A program made the position numbers and the translations under genes. From Dehalococcoidia bacterium (GTDB lineage Bacteria; Chloroflexota; Dehalococcoidia; SM23-28-2; RBG-16-64-32), in assembly GCA_963665775.2 (NCBI GenBank), contig CAXXTF010000001.1, forward strand, positions 32,001 to 96,000: 64,000 nt of DNA, in the 5' to 3' direction. This document shows positions 7,798-21,053 of this stretch, one piece after another (within the stretch, counting starts at the first letter, position 1; each line of letters starts with the position of its first letter). The notes below the pieces were generated by a model. That model was given only the letters and a program-made list of their open reading frames with translations, was not told the DNA's origin and did no database searches.

Positions 7798-8922
7798 ATG
7801 GCGAAACCCGGGCTCGAAATGAAGCAGTACGGCCAGAGCGTCTGGCACGACAACCTGAATCGTGAACTCGTTGTCACCGGTGAGCTACAGCGGATGGTGC
7901 AAGAGGACGGCCTGTCCGGCGGCACCTTCAACAGCCTCGCTTTCCAGGAGGTTCTTACCGACACCGATCTGTACGTAGAGCAGCTGCAGGAACTCGGGAA
8001 GCAAGGCCAGATGTTGGGCGAAATCTATGATGGCCTGACCCTACCGGGCATCCAGCAGTCCGCGGATATCCTCCGGTCAGTGTACGAGGAGACCAACGGG
8101 GAGGATGGTTACGCCTCGCTAGAGGTGTCGCCGCTCCTGGCCCCCTTCACCGACATGACCGCAGACGCGGCGAGGAAGCTATGGGTTAGCTTGGGTAGGC
8201 CCAACGCCATGATCGGCATTCCGGGCACAGAGCTGGGCCTCCCGGCAATCGAGCGGTGCCTGCGGGAGCGGATAAACATTAACGTCACCCTCTTGTTTGG
8301 AGTCGAGAACTACGAGCAAGTGACTTGGACATACATCACGGCACTGGAGCAGTGTCTGGCAGACGGCCAGCCCATCGACCGGATCGCTTCCGTCGCCAGC
8401 TTTGGCGTGACGCCAGTTGACATCCGTATCGATAATCTCCTTCACCGGAAGATCGCGGCCGCCAAGAGCGAAGCGGAACGGGAGAAGCTGAGGTCCCTAT
8501 TGGGTAAGGCCGCGATCGCCAACGCCAAGATCGCCTACTCCAAGTTCAAGGAGATCTTTACCGGTCCTCGCTGGCGGCTCCTAAAGGCGAAAGGAGCCCA
8601 GGTTCAGCGCTGTCTGTGGGCCAGCACCACCCCGAACCCCGATTACCCAGATGTGAACTATTTGGGGCCCCTCATCGGTCCGTCCACCGTCAGCACCATG
8701 GCCCTGCGAGCCCTGGATAATGATGGCGACAGGAGACGAATAGTTCCTACGCTGGAGGACGGCCTGGATGAGGCCCATGAGACGATACTTGGCCTGGCCG
8801 AAGCTGACATTGACCTCAAGGCGGTCACAGAGCAGCTCCAAGCGAAGGCTGTGGAAGCCCTCGGCGATGCCTTTGAAGGGGCCGTCGAAGCCATTGATAG
8901 TCGCCTACAGGTGGTCTGGTGA
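7798..8922 (+). CDS. Transaldolase-like protein lacking the catalytic Lys
   Basis: GQSVWHDNL, SLEVSP, NINVTLLF, AAIANAK and LWAST motifs present; RPNAMIGIP replaces the usual RPNxxIKIP. Confidence 0.85.
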   Translation: MAKPGLEMKQYGQSVWHDNLNRELVVTGELQRMVQEDGLSGGTFNSLAFQEVLTDTDLYVEQLQELGKQGQMLGEIYDGLTLPGIQQSADILRSVYEETNGEDGYASLEVSPLLAPFTDMTADAARKLWVSLGRPNAMIGIPGTELGLPAIERCLRERININVTLLFGVENYEQVTWTYITALEQCLADGQPIDRIASVASFGVTPVDIRIDNLLHRKIAAAKSEAEREKLRSLLGKAAIANAKIAYSKFKEIFTGPRWRLLKAKGAQVQRCLWASTTPNPDYPDVNYLGPLIGPSTVSTMALRALDNDGDRRRIVPTLEDGLDEAHETILGLAEADIDLKAVTEQLQAKAVEALGDAFEGAVEAIDSRLQVVW

Positions 8923-9101
8923 CAGCGGACGCCGGAGCGGAGCATAGGTGAAGCGGTGCTGGCCGTGCTCCACCCGATCTTCAACGGGGGCTACGGCGCC
9001 ACGGCGAGCCGTATCATCAGGGTAAGATCGTCGAAGGCTAGTCTTCTTACTAGCGGGCGGTGTTCCCCGTCACCGTGAGTGTGCCAATGTGCAGGCAGTT
9101 C

Positions 9102-11159
<2,058 letters not shown>

Positions 11160-11406
11160 AGTACTCTCGCTGTCTAGAACGCCGCTTCGTCGGCAGCACT
11201 CTCTAATCGTGTAGCAGGATCGGGCGCGGCCGCGTACGCCTCCTACTTTAAACTATACACTTCGTTCGCGCCGCATCGGCCGGCGAGCGGGAGGGGATTC
11301 TGGGCGGGACGGCTAAGCGGCGGCTGCGGTTGCCTTGGTAGGCCAACGCGGACCCGAACGGTGACATAGGTAGAGTCGTTCGTTACCCAGGCTGACCTGG
11401 CCTGCT

Positions 11407-12474
11407 TCACGTGGCCACAGGCTCCGGAATCAAGTCTGTGAGGCCGTATTCATTGGCATAACCCGTTACCGCACTCCAGGCGCTGTCCGGGATATCGACC
11501 CCTTCCCGGGAGCGCTGGACCTTGGTCAGCTGGCTGCGCTCCCCTGGATAGAAGACACCCGGAGAACCTTCGGCCGGCGACGAGCTCTTGATATGCCCGA
11601 TGAACGAGCGCAGGTCGCGCTTGAAGTCGCCGAGAGGGCGGAAGGCGTCCGTGTTGAAGAGGGCCATGAAACAACCGTCGATGATGGGCCAGGGACGAGA
11701 AGTGTCCTCCTCCCACTCCATACCGGAAAGGATGTCTGCCAGAGCCTCGATCATGAAGGTAAGTACGTAGCCCTTATGGGCCTGGACGCCGCCGAGCGGT
11801 AGCACTGATCCTCCGTCAAAGAAGTCGTTTGGGTCGGTCGTAGATTGTCCGTGTCGATCGACGATCCAGCCCTCGGGCACCTTCTAGCCCAGAGTTCGCG
11901 CCCTCCCGATCTTCGCGACAGAGACAGTGCCTGCCGTCATATCAAAGGCCACCGTACCGTCCATGTCGCTGGGGAGCGCTATCGAGAATGGGTTGACTCC
12001 GAGGCGGCGATCTCGCCCGCCGGTCGGGGCCATGAACTTCGGCCCCCAGGCGCCGTCGGTCATCATGAGAGCGATCATGCCATGATCCGCGGCCAGGGAA
12101 GTGTAGTCCACCAGTCTGCCTACGTGGCACTGGTACCTGATACTCGCAGCGGCCACATTGTGGGTCCTCGCCTTTTCGATGAGACGCAGCATCGTGTGGT
12201 GGCTTACGTAGTGGCCGAAGTTGAAGTTGCCGTTAACTACAAGGGTGGTCTCTGACTCCATCTCGATAGTGATCTCGGAGCCAGGCTTCAGTATGCCTGC
12301 CTTGATCGAAGGGATGTATTGAGTACCGAGGGCTAGCCCATGGTTCTCCTCACCAGAGAGGATCGATGCCAAAGCGTGGTCAACTACGAGGCCGGCCTCT
12401 TCTTTCGTCGCCCCTGCGGCCCCAAGTATCGCTACGCCTAACGGCCTCAACTGTTCAGATCTAAAGCGTGGCAT
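11407..12474 (-). pseudogene. Ldh_2-family (malate/L-lactate/sulfolactate-type) oxidoreductase with a single in-frame TAG
   Basis: ORFs 11884-12474 and 11407-11880 are in the same frame: ...GRARTLG*KVPEGW...; HVGRL, LGVNP, FDMT, HKGY and PGE motifs. Confidence 0.85.
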
Positions 12475-12724
12475 TTGAATATCACCCCCTCGTTGCTAGT
12501 CGTTGCCGCTTTGGGTCAAGCACATGTACGGCCGGTTATGTGATCCAGGGGCCTGCCGCAAGGGTCGCCTTAGTTCTGACGCCCCCGGCGGCTGACTGCG
12601 ATGGAGCCGAGGGCAGCAATGGCGAGCAGACCGGAGGATGCGGCCGGGCACAGATGGCTTGGCAGAGCGCTGCGAGGCGCTGGCTATGACCCCCACTATC
12701 GCTGCTCTTACGGTGAGCGATGTG

Positions 12725-14458
12725 CTATGGACCGTGCCGATTCCAATTTGCCGGTAGCTGAACGGCCCGGCTAACGGGCGCGCCCTGTTCATGATTGTTC
12801 ATGTATCCCCTAGCCTGGTTTCGGGCAGGGTCACCAGCCACGACGATCTCGATCCACTCAGGTCGCATGAACACCCTGACGAGCCGATCCGGGTCGTCCG
12901 ACTCCCAGTACTGTTTGTCGATGTTGCCCTTCTGTACTTCTTCCCGGAGGCTCCATGGCGTTCCATTCCTGGAGCCACCCGCTCTGCCGGCGTATTTTTC
13001 TAGAGTGCTCGCCGGAATTCGGCAGTTGTCATAGAGATACTGACGCACATCTCTCTTGCTCCAGCCATCTTTAGCAATGATATTCGCTATTCGCGGACTG
13101 ATCACAAACAATGGGAACCATTTTCCGTATAGCAGGCCAGTGCGGGTGGACCAGTACACCGACGTGCTCTGCCCTATGAACTCGGCGAGGTAATCCAGGT
13201 GATCCAGGGCCTTATCGCCTGTGCTATACGTAGGCCCGGTTACGGAAACGACGCTTTGCACTGTGACAACGTTTTCGTCGCTCCGGAACCCGCGGGAATC
13301 CACGGAGAATGGTTCCCAGCCCATCTCGGAGCAGGCGTCCTCATTTTCAGCCAAGGCAACGTTGAAGGTGGCGCCGATAGTGCCCTTGTCGGTGAGGCCT
13401 GGGCGTAATCCGGCCACATTACGCATATAGAGGCGGAGGAAGCGGCCTATGCTGCTGTTGGCCATCCTGCCGACCCGCATCACGCCCGTCTCATAGTTGA
13501 AGTCAAGCTCCTTCAAGATGGGGCCGTTCACGATGACCAGAGGCTCCCAGCCGGGGGTGCTGCCTGCATCCTCGATGCGGAACGACGGATCCGCTATGCA
13601 CTCCACGGCCGCCAGCAGCAGCGGCATGTACTCTGGTCGGCAGCCGGCCATCACCCCATTGACCGCCACGTTCCATACCGTCACTCGGCGCTTCTCGGGG
13701 AGAAGCGTCCCTAAGGCCTCCTCTGGATCGCGGTCCGTGAACTCCAAGAAGCGCTCAATACGTTCGATTGTGGGCGGGATGACGGGCAGTCCATCGGACC
13801 AGAGGTTATCGTAAAAGAACTCTTCGACCTCGTCGAGCGTTCCCTTGAAGACTATCTCTCTGGGTCCAGGCTCGCCCGTGCGGACGGCGGCCTCTATTGG
13901 AGCGGCGAGCCCCTCAACTACGCCAGGCAGAACAGCGTTCTGCATCTTCTCCGCAAAGGCCTCTGGACCGTCAGTGGCGATCTGGCCTGGGTACTCGGCG
14001 ATGGGAAGTTGACCGACACCCAGCGACTTGGCTATCGCCTGGGCCTGCCGCATAAAGCCCGTCTCGACAATAGTTACAGTGGGGACACCCGCCTTCTCCG
14101 CGGCGATGCTGGCCCGCACAACTGCGGGCGTACAACTCCCTCAGAGGCCTACTCCCGAGATGACGGCGTCCGCTCCCACCTCCTTAAGCAACGCGGGGAG
14201 GCGATCGATCACCTCCCGCTCGTCGCGGCCATGAGTGGCCCCGAACACGGGATATTCGATGATCTTGATGTTAGGGTGCGTCCTCTTGAGATGCCCACGG
14301 AGTTGAGGGAAATACTCACCCCAGGCAAAATCGTTCAGCTCGCAGACAGTCTTGCCATCTAGATCATCTACTCGCGGGCTGAACTTCAGCGAGTCGGAGG
14401 CAGAGTTCCCCAAGGGCCACACGACTTCGTAGACTGGGCCTGCAATCGTGCCTTTCAT
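12725..14458 (-). CDS. UGSC-family selenoprotein fused to a large DGLPVIPPT domain (Sec at TGA 14141-14143)
   Basis: Read-through gives ...DAVISGVGL-U-GSCTPAVVRA...; the two ORFs are in frame; SECIS-like hairpin follows; AGGAGG RBS before ATG 14458. Confidence 0.88.
14112..14129 (-). promoter_or_regulatory. Bacterial SECIS-like hairpin
   Basis: GCCCGCA-GTTG-TGCGGGC, a perfect 7-bp stem with G-first loop, after an 11-nt spacer 3' of the UGA. Confidence 0.75.
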
Positions 14459-14599
14459 CCGATCCCTCCTGGTCTCGATCGAGATGGTTACCCTCCGCAT
14501 CTGTTATCAGCGTCGATACTTGTAGCATTAACCCCAGGCCTTGTCAATGCTTACGCGAGCAGTGGCAGAGAAGCGTTCCCCAGCCCAGATGCGGGCCGA

Positions 14600-14711
14600 G
14601 GCCGAGACGGAAGAGACCAGCCAGTTCGTTCCCCGGGTGAGGAGGGTCACCCGGCGCAAGTCCACTCCGGGTGAGAAGGTGCGGATCGTGCCGGGGGCGG
14701 CGAAATGCTGA
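14600..14711 (+). pseudogene. Transposase N-terminal relic
   Basis: Translates to VRRVTRRKSTPGEKVRIV, similar to RRxTRRKY/FSxEEKIRIV of HTH_Tnp_1 transposases. Confidence 0.45.
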
Positions 14712-14925
14712 GACCCTTCCTCTACCGTCGGATCTGCTATGGCTCGCTGCGAACAACGCGGACCAGCGCGCAGGGAGATAGTGGTAGAATCCAAGCGATC
14801 CAAACATCCCACAAGCGGAGCGTCAATCCAGAAACGTACATGACGCCAGAAACGTAAATGACGATTGAAGATGTAATCTTACGCCCGGCGGCTGTGAAGG
14901 CCCACGTCTTGCGGCAGATCGGCGA

Positions 14926-17046
14926 GTGGGACCACGAGCAGCTGATCCGCCGGAACCTCGAGCTGCCAGCCTGATGGAGGATCGCTGGTTCCAGGGACCT
15001 CCCACCGGCGCCGACGCCCTTGACGAACTGGTGTTCCTGTCGAATCTGGTGGGACTTGAGGAGAGCCTGGTGCAGCCGGGCGGTGGCAACTCCTCTGTCA
15101 AGCTCCGGCGGAACGCGGCGGACGGCGAAGAGGAGATCCTGTTCGTTAAGGGGAGCGGCACAGACCTTCGCACCATCGGGCGGGCCGGCTTCAGCCGACT
15201 CTCTATGCCACGCCTGGCCGGACTGCGCGGTCAGCCGGAACTGAGTGACGAGCAGATGATGCAGCTAATGCGCGGCTGCATGCTCGCCCCAGATGATCCG
15301 TTCCCGAGCGTCGAGACGCCGCTCCACTCGATCCTACCCCACCGGGTGATCGTGCATACCCACGACATCGCAACCATGAGCATTACGAATCTGAAAGACG
15401 AGTTGGCCGAGAACCTGGTCGGCGAGCTGTTCGGAGGCGAGATCATCTATGTCCCGTACGCGCGCCCTGGGTTTCCGCTGGCTCGATCAGTGATGGAGCT
15501 GGCTCCGCAGATCCCGTCTGGCGCTCACGGCCTCACCTTGGCGCACCACGGTTTGGTGGTGTGGGGAGACGACGCCCGCCAGTGCTACGAACGACTGCTT
15601 CAGACCGTGCGACGAATCGAGGAGTATCTCGATGAGCGCAGGCGGGACAAGCATCCGTTGGGCGCTGCAGTGCGCCCGCGCCTCGATCCAAAGCGACGCC
15701 ACGAGCGCGCGGCGGAGCTACTGCCCGTAATCCGGGGAGAGCTGGGCCGGCCCGACCGTGTGGTCCTGAACTTCGATGAGGCGCCCGAAATCCTTGAACG
15801 GCTGGGCTCCGAGCGTTTCGGTGAGCTCTCACAGCGCGGGATGGCAACGCCTGAGCACATCTTGCGTGCTGAAAGGCTGCCTGTGTGGCTCGATCTTGAC
15901 CTTGAGGCCGATAGCGAAACACTGGTGAACCGGGCCCGGGGGCAGCTTCGCGCCGCGCGCGCCCGGTACGAGGAGTACCACGCACGCCACGACGGTGGCC
16001 GGGACGAACTAATCGCTGACTGGGCCAAAGTCGTACTCATTCCTGGGCTTGGCATGGTAACGGGTTTCGGCGACAAGAAGAGCGCTGCTACCGCCAACAT
16101 CTGTTACCGGGCCGTCATGGACGCCATCGAGAATGCCGAGGCGGTCGATGCCTTCCGCTTTCTTCCCGAATCTGACGTATACGAATTCGAGCATTGGCCC
16201 CTTGAACGACGGAAGGTCGAGGAGACGATCGCCCGCGAACGCAAGGAGCTTCTGCTGCCGCGTCACGTGGCGGTGGTGATCGGCGGTGCCTCAGGAATCG
16301 GTAAGGCCGCGGCACAAAGGTACGCTGAGGAGGGCGCCCACGTAGTGGTGGCCGATCTGGACGAGACCAGCGCCCAGGAGATCGCCGGCGCCCTCTGCGA
16401 GCGGTACCCGCATCGCACGATAGGGCAGGGTGTGGACGTCCGCGACGACGCCAGTATATCCGAGCTCATCCGCCGCACGGTGCTGGAGTTCGGAGGGCTT
16501 GACTGCCTCTTCTACAGTGCCGGCCTCGCTCCGCACTTCGCGCCAATCCTGGAGATCGATCGCGCAGAGCTGCAGCGGCAGGTTGAGGTGCACTACCTCG
16601 GGGCAGTACTCGCCATTCGCGAGGCCGGGCGCGTGATGCGGCGCCAGGGCTTAGGGGGCTCGATCGTATGCTCGGTCTCCAAGGCTGCGGTTTCGCCCGG
16701 CAAGGAGGCCGTTGCCTACGGCGGTAGCAAGGCTGCCCTCCAGCAGGCGCTCCGCGTCGCCGCCCTCGAACTGGGCCAGTATGGGATCCGTGTTAACGCC
16801 ATCAACGCCGACCAGATCGACACACCACTTTTTCGGCGATTCGTCACGGAACGGGCGGCCAGTCGCGGCGTCACGGTCGAGCAGCAGCTCGAGGTCTATC
16901 GGCAGCGCACCGCCATGGGCGTGTCACTCATACCGGCTGAGGCGGTCGCGGACATCGCGGTGCTGCTCGCCAGCGATCGCTTCCGATTCACGACTGGTGA
17001 CATTGTGACTATCGACGGAGGTCTGCCCGACGCCTTCCCGCGTTAG
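14926..17046 (+). CDS. Bifunctional class II aldolase/short-chain dehydrogenase (rhamnulose-1-P aldolase/SDR family; start probably 14974)
   Basis: GGGNSSVK, VKGSG, PSVETPLH, HTH; SDR GGASGIG and YGGSK. Confidence 0.9.
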   Translation: MGPRAADPPEPRAASLMEDRWFQGPPTGADALDELVFLSNLVGLEESLVQPGGGNSSVKLRRNAADGEEEILFVKGSGTDLRTIGRAGFSRLSMPRLAGLRGQPELSDEQMMQLMRGCMLAPDDPFPSVETPLHSILPHRVIVHTHDIATMSITNLKDELAENLVGELFGGEIIYVPYARPGFPLARSVMELAPQIPSGAHGLTLAHHGLVVWGDDARQCYERLLQTVRRIEEYLDERRRDKHPLGAAVRPRLDPKRRHERAAELLPVIRGELGRPDRVVLNFDEAPEILERLGSERFGELSQRGMATPEHILRAERLPVWLDLDLEADSETLVNRARGQLRAARARYEEYHARHDGGRDELIADWAKVVLIPGLGMVTGFGDKKSAATANICYRAVMDAIENAEAVDAFRFLPESDVYEFEHWPLERRKVEETIARERKELLLPRHVAVVIGGASGIGKAAAQRYAEEGAHVVVADLDETSAQEIAGALCERYPHRTIGQGVDVRDDASISELIRRTVLEFGGLDCLFYSAGLAPHFAPILEIDRAELQRQVEVHYLGAVLAIREAGRVMRRQGLGGSIVCSVSKAAVSPGKEAVAYGGSKAALQQALRVAALELGQYGIRVNAINADQIDTPLFRRFVTERAASRGVTVEQQLEVYRQRTAMGVSLIPAEAVADIAVLLASDRFRFTTGDIVTIDGGLPDAFPR

Positions 17047-17161
17047 CCCATTGGGAGCGGCCGCCACTCAGTGAGACCGGATGGCTGGTCTCGGTCTCCG
17101 GGGACAGCGCCGCACGAGATGCTGAACCGCAGCTCCCCGAGCTCGAGGGGTAGCTCCTCTA

Positions 17162-18571
17162 TCAAGGGGGCGTCCCTGCCTCCAGGCCCAGGCTGGCCGC
17201 GGCCATCTGCCATATCTCCTCCGGACTGAAGAAGGTTGTGCGGTAGTTCAGCCAACGATCGCTCTCAGCATCATATCTGCCATCGTAAGCGGCCTGGAGG
17301 CGATCGTATATCTCCTTGACCACGCGACTAACGGTTGAAAATCGGTTATCGAGGCTGCGCGACTCAGCCTCCCGATTCAGGATAGAGACGATCCCTTCCG
17401 CGCCGGACAACGACCCTATCACAGCCCGTTCCGCGCCCTCCTGCCCCACCATCGCTGGGTCGTAGGGCAAGTATATCAGTCCGCCGGGCGCGTCCCCCTG
17501 CCTCGCCACGCCCGCTTGGTGAATGCCCGCTTGAGTGCTGAATACCCGACCGATGATGGGGGCGGCGTCCGGCACGGGCAGCAAGTGTTCCTCTATGAGC
17601 GCAGCCATCTGCGACAGGACAGGCAGATCGAAGCCGGGGTCACCGTAGAGGCGTATATAGCCGGCAATCACCTGCTCCAGGGGTGTGTTTCCCGTACGCT
17701 CGCCGAGCCCGGCGAAGGTCACGTTCACCCGCCGGCAGCCGTATCGCCAGGCGGCCAGGGCGTTGGCCGTAGCTAGACCAAAATCGTTGTGGCCATGGAA
17801 CTCCAGATCGGCCCCGGTCTCTCTGGACAGAGTGGAGATCAGCCGGGGCACACCTTGCGGCATGGCCACATGAGGATCGGGCATCCCCCAGCCGATGGTG
17901 TCACAGACCCGAAACTTCGCTCGCCCCTCGGTAGCCTTCAGCACCGTACACATGAAGGGGATCACCCAGCCCTCGATGTCAGCGCGGGTCGTGTCCTCCA
18001 GGTGCACGCGGGGCGTCATACCGTATTCACATGCGGTCAGGATCGGCTCCAGGTACTTGTCCACGGCCTCCTCTTTGCTGCCATAACGCAGCTTGTCGAA
18101 GATGTGGTGGTCCGACGACGAGGCGAGAAGACCCGTCTCCTTGATCCGTCCCTGACTCACTTCGTGCAACTGCTTGACGTCCCTGGGAGTAACCCGAATC
18201 CAGGTCGTGATCTTGGGAAAGTCGTATTCGCGTTCGAGCAGCCGATCAAGCACCCACAGATCCCGGCGCTGGTAGATGAACGTCTCGATGGAGTCGATGC
18301 GGCCGGTGCCGTTGTCCAGGTTATGGAGCAGATCAACGTATCGCAGTCGTGCCTCGTTGGGGAAGAGGGCGAACCGGGAGTCCTGGGCGCCGTCCCGAAG
18401 GGTAGTGTCGGTGATCAGCTTGGGCTCGCCATCGTCGGCAGCGGGCAGGGGGGCGGCCTCCGCTTCCAGAGCGACAGGCGGCACCCTGCCCTCGAAGTTA
18501 TAGTAGACGCGGTCCGCATTTACGGAACGCCCCGCGGCCATACCCGAGACCCCCTCTCCCGACTCACTCAT
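17162..18571 (-). CDS. DRE-TIM metallolyase, Re-citrate synthase/homocitrate synthase-like
   Basis: ITDTTLRDGAQ, HLEDTTRAD, FHGHNDFG, GLGERTGN. Confidence 0.8.
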   Translation of the reverse strand: MSESGEGVSGMAAGRSVNADRVYYNFEGRVPPVALEAEAAPLPAADDGEPKLITDTTLRDGAQDSRFALFPNEARLRYVDLLHNLDNGTGRIDSIETFIYQRRDLWVLDRLLEREYDFPKITTWIRVTPRDVKQLHEVSQGRIKETGLLASSSDHHIFDKLRYGSKEEAVDKYLEPILTACEYGMTPRVHLEDTTRADIEGWVIPFMCTVLKATEGRAKFRVCDTIGWGMPDPHVAMPQGVPRLISTLSRETGADLEFHGHNDFGLATANALAAWRYGCRRVNVTFAGLGERTGNTPLEQVIAGYIRLYGDPGFDLPVLSQMAALIEEHLLPVPDAAPIIGRVFSTQAGIHQAGVARQGDAPGGLIYLPYDPAMVGQEGAERAVIGSLSGAEGIVSILNREAESRSLDNRFSTVSRVVKEIYDRLQAAYDGRYDAESDRWLNYRTTFFSPEEIWQMAAASLGLEAGTPP

Positions 18572-18739
18572 AGGCGCGTCCTATTGGCCAGATTGATTTC
18601 GTCATAGAACTACCATAGATGATTCTAGCAATATTGAGGTGTATCGCAATACCCCAATCTTCTATGTTTCCAATAGGCGCCGTCTACCACCGGATTGGCA
18701 AGAACGCACCCTTCTGGGAAATCAGCAAGCGGCCAGGCC

Positions 18740-20460
18740 TCAGTCATCCTCGAGGGTGCTGGTGTCACCTTCAGGAAGACCCAACTCCCGGGCTTTCAAA
18801 AGACGCCGCATGATCTTGCCGCTGCGGGTCTTGGGCAGAGAGGGAACGAACTCGATCTCCCGCGGTGCCACGCTGCTACCCAGCTTATCCCGCGAGAAGC
18901 GGATCAGCTCCCTATGAAGGCCGTCGTCGGGCTGGTAGCCGTCTTTTAGAGCGACGAAAGCCTTGACGATCTCCATCGCGATCGGGTCGGGCTTGCCGAT
19001 AACGCCGGCCTCCGCCACCGCGGGGTGTTCAAGCAAGGCGCTCTCGACCTCGAACGGGCCCACTAGATGGCCGGCCGTATTGATAACATCGTCCGTCCGC
19101 CCCACGAACCAGAAGTAGCCGTCGGGGTCCATACGAGCGCGATCACCGGTGATATACCAGCCGTTGCGAAACCTGGAGTCGTACAGCTCACGGTTGTTCC
19201 AATATGTGCGAAACATGGATGGCCAGCCAGGTCGCACGGCGAGATCGCCTTCTTCGCCCGGGGGAAGAACGGTACCGCTGTCGTCGATTACAGCCGGTTC
19301 GATGCCCGGGAAGGGCAGCCCCATGCTTCCAGGCCTGATCTCCTGAGCGGCATAGTTGGCAATGAGGATGGAGCCGGTTTCGGTCTGCCACCAGTTGTCG
19401 TGTATGGGCAGCCCCAGAGCACGGCCTCCGGGTTCAGCGGCTCACCTACGGAACAGATGTGGCGCAGGCTGGAGAGGTCGTGCCTCTGCGGAAGTTGCTC
19501 GCCCGCCTTCATGAGCATCCGGATGGCCGTGGGCGCCGTGTACCAGACCGTAACTCCGTACTTCTGTATGAGCGAGTACCAAGTGCTTGCCCCAAAGCCA
19601 CCCTCATACACCAGGTTAGTGACCCCGTTGCTCCAGGGCCCGAACATACCGTATGAGGTGCCCGTCACCCAACCAGGATCTGCCGTGCACCAATAGATAT
19701 CCTCATCATGGAGGTCAAGAATATACCGGGCGGTGGCGTAGTGGCCGAGCACCGCCATATGCACGTGGGCCGCTCCCTTGGGCTTGCCGGTAGTGCCGGA
19801 TGTGTAGTGCATTATGGCGAAGTCCTCCGCGCTGGTCGCAACCGCCTCGAACTCCTGGGGCTGCGGTGTCACAAGGTCATCCCAAAGCACAACGCCGGGC
19901 TCCGGCTCAGCCTCCTGATGTCGGCACACCAGGACCACTCGCTCCAGCTGTGGCAAATCGCGCCAGATCTCCTTCACCCGGTTCCAATGCTCGGGGCTCG
20001 TCACCAATACCTTCGCACCACTATCTGCCAGCCGGTCACGAACAGCGTCCGGCCCGAAGGCACAGAACAAAGGCCCGATTATGGCGCCCAGCTTGAGGGT
20101 ACCGAAAACAGTGAAGTAGAGCTCCGGGATACGTTCAAGAAAGACGAAGACGCGGTCACCCTTCTTGACGCCGAGGCTGCGCAGGGCATGTGCCGCCTGG
20201 TTAGCCTTCCCGGACATGTCAGCGAAGGTGTACCGCTCGGTGTCGCCGTTCTTCCCCTCCCAGAGCATGGCAATCTTGTCGCGGTGCGGGCGCGACAGAT
20301 GACGGTCCAGGCACTCGTGGGCGATGTTAAGGCCACCTCCAGGCAGGCCGTCCAGATGAGAGCGTATCTCCTGCCAGGTGAGCTCGCGGCGGGCCTGCTC
20401 GTAATCGGCAAGGTTAGGCTTGACGGCCAGTTTCGGCTTTGAGATCGGTGTATACTCCAT
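18740..20460 (-). pseudogene. acsA: Acetate-CoA ligase (acsA-type), frameshifted near 19410
   Basis: YTSGTTGKPK, DPGWVTG, GEPLNPE; frame change before [13 protein letters not shown]; [11 protein letters not shown] in the downstream frame. Confidence 0.9.
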
Positions 20461-20681
20461 GACTCCGGCCTCCCTGATAGGGCAAGCAAACCCAACGGGT
20501 ATCGTTCAATTTAGCCCAGGGTTAGGGGCTCGTCAACACCAAACAGGGCGTATCCCTGGAACCCTATCATGTTTCCTACAAGCCGCTGCCTAACCTCCAG
20601 CCGGGCGTTGTGGGTCTATGATGCCACCCTAAATTGAATCCGCGTGCGGCGGAGGGAACCAGTCACTGGCCTCGATAAATT

Positions 20682-21053
20682 GTGCCGCCCGTATCCCCCC
20701 CGGTAGCCGAGCGTTATGTCTATATGGAGATAGCTATGTGGCCTAAGTGGTTTCTGATGCTCGCTATTCCTAGCGTCTTGGCAAGCGCCCGCGCTTACGC
20801 CCGATCCCGCGCCGATGCTCTCAATGAATGCCTGGAGGCCATGATACAGGGCGAGCGAGACCTTGACGCTTTGGCGTGCCGGTACTTACGGGAGAGAGAC
20901 GAGATTCGCCCTTTGCTGGACGTGGGCCTAGAACTCCTAGAGTCCGCTCCCTTTAGCCTTTCGGTCGAAGTGCCTTTGCGGCGACCCACCTGGCGTTCGG
21001 GCCAAACGAATCGGACTCGCGGGACCCTTCGGCCCGTCAGATACGCCATTTAG
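20682..21053 (+). CDS. Hypothetical protein
   Basis: ORF with GGAG RBS; LNECLE...YL.ERDEIRPLL segment resembles a recurrent Chloroflexota N-terminal motif. Confidence 0.45.
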   Translation: MPPVSPPVAERYVYMEIAMWPKWFLMLAIPSVLASARAYARSRADALNECLEAMIQGERDLDALACRYLRERDEIRPLLDVGLELLESAPFSLSVEVPLRRPTWRSGQTNRTRGTLRPVRYAI

